Part shown: in pieces, positions 54,477 through 64,000 of the stretch
How the letters are laid out: each line of letters opens with the position of its first letter
Numbering within the stretch: position 1 is the stretch's first letter
From: the human T2T-CHM13v2.0 reference genome, Homo sapiens
NCBI RefSeq assembly: GCF_009914755.1
Contig: NC_060925.1
Strand: one strand, 5' to 3'
DNA: 64,000 nt
Position numbers and translations under genes: made by a program
The notes under the pieces: model-generated
Databases searched by the model: none
What the model saw: the letters and a program-made list of their open reading frames with translations, nothing else
Told to the model about the DNA's origin: nothing

Positions 54477-54820
54477 CGCCCCTACCTGAAGGCAGATAAC
54501 AAGCCCAGCACTGCAGGAGTAGTGAAAAGAGGGACACGGCAAGGCCTCCCACAGTCTTGGAGGTAGTGTAAACCCCACACTCCAACAGGAACGGAGCTCC
54601 CCTGAACAGAGGGGGCCCAGATCAACTGTGAGGACAGGACAGAACACATCACAGAAGGATGGCATGGATCCAGGCAGGGGACGCAGCCTACGCAAAGACA
54701 TGAAGGGAGAGCGAGCAGGATCCGTGCAAGGACAAGGGAGGAAAGCAAGTGGCAGATGAGGTACAGAAGTGGAAAGGCCAAGGCCAGCTGTGCAGGGAGG
54801 AGCAGAAGCTTCTGGAAAGC
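54440..54820 (-). mobile_element. L2 fragment
   Basis: cattcatttactctttcaataaata...ggccagctgtgcagggagg. Confidence 0.5.
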
Positions 54821-56799
54821 CCAAGGGGCTGGTGTATAGCCAGAGGCTTGAATAACACTGAAAAAGGGGATTCTGCAAGAAATAACCTGGGAAACAGAAG
54901 GAGGAGGAGCTTCCCCTTACTGGTCAGGATTTGCACACCAAAAGGGACATGGAGCTTTCATGCTGGGTCTGTGCCACCAGCACCCTGTCCTCCACACAAC
55001 CCAAGTGAGGCCTCCCCCAACCAGAGGTGACAGGAGCAGCCAGAAAAGTCCCCACTCCACTGCCCTCACTTCCAGCCTGCCTGGACGACCTCCCAGCACC
55101 CTCCTTTTAGCTGACACAGAACCTTCCTCCTTGACCAGCCACCTTTCTTCCTCTTAGGACTCGACAGCAGATGTTCCTAGCCTTACACTATCATCCTTTT
55201 CAACCTGCCTGTCACTCTTCCCAGTGGTTTTCTCTAATTAATCCCAAAGAGGAGATCTGAAAGCCAAATCCTCAAGGTTGTAGAAAAGGTATATAGAATT
55301 AAAGCTGACCACTTTAGAGTGTAAGCAGTTGGTAGAGAAGAAGCCAGGTAGTATAAGAAAACTCTCAAGAATTGTTAACATGTAAAATGACTGAAATCAG
55401 CATGTTATCTGATGTTGATGGGAGCTCCTATTATGTGGGAAATTTCCGTTAAGTGGGACACTTTTTCCCTAATGATTGTAAATAAGTGAGGCAGGGTACC
55501 ACCATTCACCTAAAACTGGGGGAGGGAGGATTGAGGAGAGGAATCTGAGGCACAAATAAGGGAGGAAAAACTAAGCTTTTTCTGAAACTGAAAAATCTGC
55601 TGATCCAACTTACATTTCAAGTTTTGACATAAAACTCACTGGTCAATATTATTTTTCTTCATCATTTTTGTTTTGTTTATGTTGCTAATTGACTATACCA
55701 CCGCTGCCTTAGATTATAATAACCAGCAGGGAAAAAGAATGGTGCTCTACAATCATTCTGAAGCCTGGTCACCCACGGGCAGAGACTCTTAATACATACA
55801 GTGTGATGGTGATAACTGTGACAGTGAATTTCTTTTTCATTTCTGTGCAGAAATAGAGAATAGCTGATCAAATGCCTGAAGAGGGATTACACACTTAACT
55901 ATCTATAAGACAGAACTCAGAATTTTTCTAAACTGTAACTACCCACATCCATTTCAGATTTTTGTTGTGGTTGCTGCATGAAATACTTATTAACAATGCT
56001 ACTTCATTAGTTTACCAAATGGCATCTTGCTATATTCAAAGGAGAGTGTTCATTACTCAAAAGACCATCTGTCTAAAAGCTCAACAGAAGGTTTAAGTAA
56101 TCAAGATCTAGGGCAGGATGTATGGCTGCATTATATCAAGTCAAATATTTGCATTTCTCAGTATTTTAAATATGAACGTTCTTATCCAGCCACCCACCGC
56201 AAGTCAGACTTAATTACTATCTATTTTCAAACCAATACAGAAATTTCAATACAAGGATAGCTTAAACATAAGCAAACAGGATTGCCAACCACAAGAGTCT
56301 GTGCAGCCACCTTCATTTATATAAGAAATAATCCTGACAGCAGCAATATTTTCAACCAGAAAAGCAGTTAAACACCATTACACAAATCAGAAGAACATTT
56401 GGAAAAACAGCTGATTCTGCCTTTTGGAGCATTAATAATTGTGGCTGTTTTTGCTACTATGATCAAAATTAGCAGCAGCAGCAGTAGCAGCAACGTTTAA
56501 TCTCACTTAAAGGTATCCAACACTACTGTCTTCTTAATGCAGACAACAGAACCAAGGCTGGCAACTCTTCTCCCCTCGGGAGGTGATGCATTTCATTGAG
56601 AAAACGTGAGAGGTGCGTGGGCTAAAACAGACAGAGACACTAAAGTCCTCTTTCCAAACTGTTATTTAAAATAGTCATGACTATTAAAATATTCAAGAAT
56701 ATTTTAAATGGAAAAAAGGGGGAAGAGCAACATGGAAGAGGTATTGCTAAGTCAACTCACTAGGTTCTGGCTTAAAGCAGAGTGCCATTGAGGACAATG

Positions 56800-57060
56800 A
56801 AACAGAAACAGTGGACTGGGAGTGAGGAGACAGGTAAAGACCAACCAGGAGGGAAAACAGCAAAGACTGGAAAAAAATCAAGCCCGAATGGGAATCCTCC
56901 TACCACCACCTATTAACTCCTAGGTGGCCCCAGACAAACTACCGTGCGTTTCTATGTCTGTTTTCTCATCTGTAAAGAGTTAATGAAGCAAACAGTAGGG
57001 CTGGTGGGAAGATTAGATGAGATAGCAGAATGCATGTGTTTGGGACCTAATAGGCACTCC
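56800..57060 (+). mobile_element. MIR
   Basis: gttttctcatctgtaaa...gaagattagatgagata...ctaataggcactc. Confidence 0.6.
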
Positions 57061-57683
57061 AAAACCAAAAAACAAAAACCACAAAACACTGGTGTAGTCC
57101 CTTCTGTCATGTCCCCCTAAAATCAGTTGTTTTTATTATATGACCCAGAACCAGCTCTTTCTCCATCTGTAAGAGAAAAGGGGTAGACCTGAAATACTAC
57201 CTAAGAGAGGAGCCCTCACAACTTCAACATCCAGTATCTAAGGAACATTGGCTGCCAGCAGATTTACTGCTCCATGCTCACTGGGGAGGCCTAATAACAA
57301 ACTAGTTTAACAACAAGCTAACTGAGGATGAGCCACGAGAATTTGAAAAATTTTTAAAAAATGAAGGACAATATGTCAAACTGACAAAGCAGTAGTACTC
57401 CCAAGAAGAGCGGTGGGAATTTCCAGGAAGGAGAGAGGCCCCAGTGGGGGAGGTGAGAAGAAGGCCTGGAAAGACCCTCCAGCCTCCGCAGACAGAGCGC
57501 TCCAGGCTGCCCACAGCCCCAGAGAGCAGGAGGGCGGAAGGGTTGCGCTGGAGCAAATGATTCAGATTCCTGTGAACTGTAAAAGCCTTTTAAAAAGCTA
57601 CAGCCGGAGTGATAGTTTAGCTGATGAGTTGAGCCTTAAAAGCCAGGCCAAGGAATTTTAACTTTTCCATGAGAACAATAAGG

Positions 57684-58010
<327 letters not shown>

Positions 58011-58267
58011 TAAGCCAGAGAGGGTTAGATTTATATCAAATATTTAGTGTCCAGTGCCTCACAAAGAGCAACCGGTGATTAAATATCACCTTTTATTAAT
58101 ACTGATAACAATATGCTTATATACTGCCTTTACCTGGCATTACAGAATTTTCTTAATTCTTAGGTAAAAGGTTGAAATCAGGAGATTGGTAGCTCTCACT
58201 GACTTATGGAACTGGTAACTTGCCTGACACAGACTAAGTAATTAGTAAATATTCGTTTTCTGCTTGT

Positions 58268-58524
58268 TTCTTTTTCAGAGAAAGGGTTGGCTGGAGCACA
58301 GTGGTGCAATCATAGCTGAGGCTCAAGGGATCCTTCTGCCTCAGCCTCCCAAGCAGCTAGGACTACAGGCATATGCCATCACATCGGGTTAATTTTGTAT
58401 TTTTTGTAGAGCTGGGGTCTTGCTCTGTTGCCCAGGTTGGTCTTGAACTCCTGGGCTCAAGTGATCCTTCCACCTCAGCCTTCCAAAATGTTGGGATTAT
58501 GGGCATGAACCACCACACACAGCC
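58268..58524 (-). mobile_element. AluJ with internal deletions
   Basis: ctcaagggatccttc and gggctcaagtgatccttcc J features. Confidence 0.85.
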
Positions 58525-58662
58525 AATAAGTATCTGTTGAATCAAAGAATGCTTAAGTGAATGGATTATATCTAGCAAATATAGTATAAGAGAAAGAAAT
58601 AACATTCATGAAATAAAAAAGCAGATTCCTGTATTTTAACACCATAAAATGGCCACTACAAT

Positions 58663-59397
58663 TGAAACAGAAGACTTCCCTGACCCCCTTCACTGAATGT
58701 ACAACGGGGGGTGGCACCCCTTATGGAGGGGGAGCATGCACACAGGCAGGTGCAGGAACCAGGGGGAGATCTTTTGGGCTCCAGCCACACAGCTGCATCT
58801 AGGGGTGGGTGCCTGCGACTCCCAAAGCCCCAGTGGGCATGCTTTTAGCTCTGCCATCTGCAGACGGCCTAAGTGTTAACCAGCTCAGTGCCCTCTTGGT
58901 ACTCGGGTTCTTGTCTGGAGTCCAGGAAGCATCAGGTCACACACAGACTTGAAGGATGGTGAATTCAGGGGTTTTACCGAGTGGTGGAGGTGGCTCTCAG
59001 CAGGATGGATGAGGAGCTGGAGAGGAGGTAGAGTGGGAGGATCATCTTCCCCTGGAGTTTGGCCATCCAGTGGCTGATCTCCTCCCCAACTGTCCCTAGT
59101 CGAACTTCTCTGGATATTCAGATGCTCCTCCTCGTCTCTCCTTCTCTGCTGCACTGTTCTGCTGCCCTTCTCTCTTCTGTTCATCTGCCCGTCTGCTCAT
59201 GGAGCCTGGGGTTTGGGGTTTATATGGGTACAGGACGGGGGGGCGTAGTGGGCCAAAAGACAACATTTGGGCATGAAAACGGGAATGCCTGTTCCCACTT
59301 AGGGCCGTGGATTTCCAGGCTTGGGGGTGGGGCCTTTGTTGGAGAACTGCCCTCTTCTACCCAGTATTTCCCTGTTTCCTGTCTCTTGTCCATATCA
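58663..59397 (-). mobile_element. Solo ERV1 LTR, MER50-like (735 bp)
   Basis: TG...CA termini. Minus strand begins tgatatggacaagagacaggaaacagggaaatactgggtagaagagggcag. 4-bp TSD CAAT/CTAT. Confidence 0.85.
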
Positions 59398-59779
59398 CTA
59401 TGTGACACGTTGTCTCTGGCCTCAGCTACACGTGGAAAGTGGCCAGGCTGCCAGGAGGCAAGGAGCCAGCACAGGATTTAGATAGAGGAGTTAGCTGCTC
59501 GACTGTCTCCTATATTTATACTCTTACCCCTGAGCGTCCATTTAATGTTTTCTTCTCCTTATAAAATACATGTCTAAATCCTCTTCTACCATAAAACTCA
59601 TTTTAAAAATTGGTCTTTTCTGTAATTTGTGAATATTTATCTCCATTATCAGACAAATTCCAAGAGTACAAACACATATTTATATTCATTACAGAGGTGA
59701 GCCATCTGTAAGTGATCAACAAAAACTTTCTCATAAAGAACATAAAAGCCATCAACACAATGAAAATTCTGATAACCCA

Positions 59780-59920
59780 TGTTCATTCTTTCATTTAAGC
59801 ATTAAGAAGTTACCAAGCAGCAAGGCCCCATGGTAGGCAATGAGAAATACCTAAGGCATGAGCCCTGACTCCATCCAGGACATTTATAAACTACTGCAGG
59901 AGGCAAGATTAACATACAAA
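59780..59920 (-). mobile_element. L2 3' end fragment
   Basis: ttcattctttcatttaagcatt...atggtaggcaatgagaaata...gagccctgactcc. Confidence 0.5.
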
Positions 59921-62900
59921 TCTGTCCACAACACTGGTTTCAATCTCTAAAAAGTTATTTTTTCCACCAGAGTAACTATTAAGAATCAAAATGGATACAT
60001 TTGGTTTTAAATTTCTATCTTCATCTCCTGTCTGTCTCTCTCAGAGATAAATGTTAACAAGCACTAGAATTATTTAAATGCAGTCATCAGAGCAAACCAG
60101 AAGAGAAGGACAAATGGAGAACAATCTATAGGAGAGACATAGCAGATCAGTGGCTGGACAGTCTGAAACTTCAATAACAGGACACAATACAAAGAAGAAG
60201 GGCTCCTACAGGAAAGGATATGGTGAAGTGGCTGTGCTAAAAGAAGGGATTATGAAATAAAATATTTACATTTAAAGTCCTAGTTTTAACAAACTTACTT
60301 TATCCAGCCTCTCAAATTCCAAAGCCTTCAACAGGAAAAGTCTTTCCACAATGCTACCCTAAAAATAGTTCCCTTTAGTCTTTCTCAGGATACCATGTAG
60401 ATTTCCCTTCAGTTTGCTTTTGCAACAACACTGGTGTCACGAAGAATGAAACGACGACTTATTTTAACTAGAGAGCAATATTTATGTTATGCACACATAT
60501 CTTGACACTGTCACACACGTGCTGATGTTTTCTTTCTAGAAATGGGATCTGCATCAGCCGTGTTTGGTGTGTGCCCTGGCCTTGCAGCTGTTGTGCTGGC
60601 AAGTTGGGTGTTGTTCCCAGGCATTCCACGGAGTTTCTTGGTTTAATTTTATCTAACAGGCTAAAAGGGGTACAATTATTTTTTATCAAAATAACAATAA
60701 GGAAATAACTTCCAACAATGAATTTCTAAGTGAAAGAATCTGCACATCATACATTTGTGTCTGTAATTAGCAAAATTAAATGTCCCTTTCTCTCCGTGAA
60801 GTATTTAGCTTGCTTCCTTACAATAACTGTCCATGGAATAAAAGCAAATAAACAAGAAATTGAGTTTACAAACTTATGGACATTAATTATTCAATTTTGG
60901 CAGATGCTTTTACTTTAAAATCAGTTACAATACAAACATGTGAAAAACTTCTAGGTTCTAAATCACATCACTAATCTCAGCAGTTCTGAGAAAACAAGTG
61001 ACTCTTCTTTCGAACAAATGAAACCACCCAAACATTATTTATCTTTCAGCTGCACTACTCCCATGCCCAAAATTAAACAGAGAAAAGTTTTCAGACTCAA
61101 CAATTCACCTCCACCGGTAATCTGAAGCCAGAGTGGGAGAGCAGGTATTTGTGGAGCCAAGTCTGAATGTAATTCTATTTACAATGCCATGCTTTGCCCC
61201 CCTAAAGCCAACCTGGAGCAGCATAACCCCACCCTGATCTTTATCACCTCCAGCTGGAGTGAGGAGTCAGGTTCCCCAAGGTGTACTTCTAACCAGAATT
61301 CCCCAAGACAGACTAACCAAATGCCTAATTAACAGAGAGAAGAACCTCCAGTTGCTCCACCATATATAGGCTCTCACTGAAGTATCACCAAGTCTAAGAC
61401 AAAGCAGACAGCTGATAAACAATCCACTTTCTTCAGCCCCCTCTAAGGAAGCCTCAACAGCCAAATGTAATCTAATAATTAGCATATGTAAGAGTAAAGG
61501 TCCAGACCATGACATCAGCTTCACAGAAAAATCAGCAGATTCAAAAAAGATCCACGGAGCCTATGCAGTCTTTGGAAATTCTAAATAAATGAAAGGATGA
61601 AAGGACAGAACAGCAGGGGATAGAGAACTCTACATTCTAGGTCCTAGAAAGCACAATACAACATTTCTAAACAAAACTATTCTGCAAATTCTCTATTACA
61701 GAAAAAAATCTATCCATCACAAAGGTATTAGCTCACAAGGGTATTAACTGAAAAGTTGCTTCCCTAGCAACCTCCACATTGCAACAATGTCCTTGAATAG
61801 CATTTTGCAGAGACGGCAAGCCATAGTTAACCCAGAAGACTGTCAACAGTTCAAGGATCACCTAAACTTGGTGAGAGCCATGAAGAGCTAACACAGGATT
61901 CCTTAAAGATGACATTACTGCTAAAGATAACATGAGTGCACACATTCTGAAGTATCTGTAGCAAGAACTCAGGATCCACTAAGCTGTTTAAAGAAGTTTA
62001 ATGTGTACACTGTGATAAAAGCTTACCTTTCTGTCTGTTACAAAACTTACAGAGGAATGAACTGAACTCAACTAAGCTTCTCTCATCAAGGGTTTTGCTG
62101 GCAGCCCCTGCCCCTCAAATTTACCCAACATCTATCTCATCTGTTGGCATGTCAGGTTTTCTGTTGTTGCTGCTGCTGCTGTTGCTTAAGTTAAAGATAA
62201 CCAAATAATTATCTCAATTACATTTTTAAAAGAAAAAGTGAACCCAAAACTTCTTCTCTCCCTTTAGCGATAAGGTATGGCCATAGTGCAGTTTAACACA
62301 CCAGCTGATAATTCTACAAATGTGCTCTGATGCTGCACAGACAAGGATGGAAACAAAATCCACGCAATTCAAAAGGCAGCTATCAATGGCACATAAACCC
62401 CGTTCAGATATGGAGAAACCAGACAGATAAGTGTGTCATCCGGGAAAAACAAACAGAGACAGAAACAAGATAAAACCAAAAGAAATTATGTGTCTTCGGG
62501 AGCTGTTATCAATCACACTTGAGAATCTTTGAACTTTGCTTTGTAAAACTAGGGATCTTATCCTCTCATACAAACAGTTAAAAAAAAAAAAAATGGAAGA
62601 GCTCCAAGGTAGTGAACACTGGGGTCAGACTGAAGTCTGCAAAAAGATAAGACAATTTACCCAGGAAAAGTTAAAGCACACTTCTTGGAAAGCTCATTTA
62701 ATTTCCCTCTATTTTTTAGATTCAGATATCAAAATCTCAAGGATTTTGCAGTCTTTGAGATTTTCAGGATGGAGGCAATCCGTTGGACCAGGAGACACAG
62801 GCCAGCTCTGGGACAACAGTCAAGAATGGAGAGAGAAGCCATGTGGAAGAAATCCCACACCCAACAAAAGTAAATTTTTACCTGTGTCCCGTGAGCAAAA

Positions 62901-63529
62901 GAGGATTAACAAAAACTCATGAAGGCAGCTCAATAAAATACTGATAGGAGGTGAGAGGCTGACACTGCACAGCGCCTGTGTAATCCACAGTAGGTTATGG
63001 TGACAATGTTTGTGGATCCGGTCTCATTGCTATCACAAATTCAGCAGGCGTACAGGACAAATAGGAAGATATAACATACAGTGAACGCCTGCCAGGGGTT
63101 GGGCTCCATTTCTGGCATTCGCTTCTACCTAAGGCACCCCATAATGTGGTTATCAGTCTCTCTATTAAGATAAGCCATAACGGACTCTTGAGAGTTCAGG
63201 CGCTTTTCAATAGTGGAAGCCACATACAGCAGGGGTAGGTGTTTAACTTTGGTCAAAGGTTACAAAAAAACTCCTTGTGTGTTTCTTTCTATGCAAATCA
63301 TTCACTATCTTAACCCCACAACACATCAGGCCCCACCAAACAATGACTTCAACCAGTCTTTCCATTCCCAGCCAGTGAGTTTCCTCTCTCACTCTTGTTA
63401 ACCCAAACTCCAGGTACTTTGAAAATTCCAATATTCCAAAGAATATTTCCTCTGCAGCTACTGTGACTTCCATGTGTTCTCACTGTCTCTGGCAAGCCAC
63501 AGCTCTTGCCCTATTCCGTGTTCTGAGAG

Positions 63530-63690
63530 ACACAACCCAACATTACCATTATTTATTTACATGCTTGTCTATCCCACTAGACTGAGGATGTAGAAATCAG
63601 AGAAACCTGGTCAATGTGGTATTGTCTCACCCTGCCTAACAAGATGCCTGGCACAGTGAAGACACAAAAGATTGTCAGCTAAATGAAACA
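63530..63690 (+). mobile_element. L2 3' end fragment
   Basis: gtctatcccactagactg...gatgcctggcacagtgaagacaca. Confidence 0.6.
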
Positions 63691-64000
63691 TTGCCGGCAT
63701 GTGCTGAGAAGTGTCAACAGGCTGAACATCCTGTACCAGCATGACACTGACTGTAACATCTCCAGTCCATAGATAAATCATACATTTAAAACACTCAGAC
63801 ATTATTTTTATAAGGATCATTATTCCACATCACCAAAGCAGTGTCTGTATGGAGAGTAAGCCAAAACAAAAGCCTTGCTGGAAAAAGTGACAAGTCATAG
63901 CTGCATTGTTCAAACAGAACCCTACTTGGAAAGCCAGTTGCCATAGGCTTTTATCTCACACAGTGAAACCTCCCCAGACAGCTTGAAATGAGGAGAAAAG

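Noticed and set aside
56472-56493. Short CAG run here and a CTG run at about 62163-62186
   Set aside because: Too short and interrupted to be unstable, and intronic.
58697-59481. Several ORFs of 60-140 aa
   Set aside because: They fall within the GC-rich solo LTR and show no gag/pol/env similarity.

Overview
Human (primate) genomic DNA inside SIPA1L2 (SPAR2, a RapGAP/PDZ scaffold), which runs on the minus strand. The window contains only one well-supported exon: the 1,752-nt start-codon exon at 21487-19736. It has 269 nt of 5'UTR and 1,483 coding nt encoding the N-terminal 494 aa, and ends just before the RapGAP domain. The rest is intron, heavily populated by interspersed repeats: Alus (many with visible TSDs), L1PA/L1M and L2 fragments, MIRs, Tigger1/2/3, MER1B/MER5, and MLT1 and MER50-type LTRs. 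The short ORFs in the track are repeat-derived or chance. I see no prokaryote-type system, RNA gene or CRISPR array. The leads most worth testing are all regulatory inferences. (1) The exon has the layout of an AUG-containing single-exon circRNA with flanking inverted Alus, and would encode a 528-aa GAP-less protein. (2) The 5'UTR is dense in uORFs and carries an in-frame GTG extension. (3) A CpG-rich intronic block near 11.3-11.8 kb has strong acceptors, an in-frame ORF and a poly(A) signal. (4) There is a candidate alternative first exon at about 48.6 kb. (5) A sense-oriented LTR keeps its TATA box but appears to have lost its poly(A) signal. Repeat subfamily calls come from recalled consensus features and boundaries are approximate.
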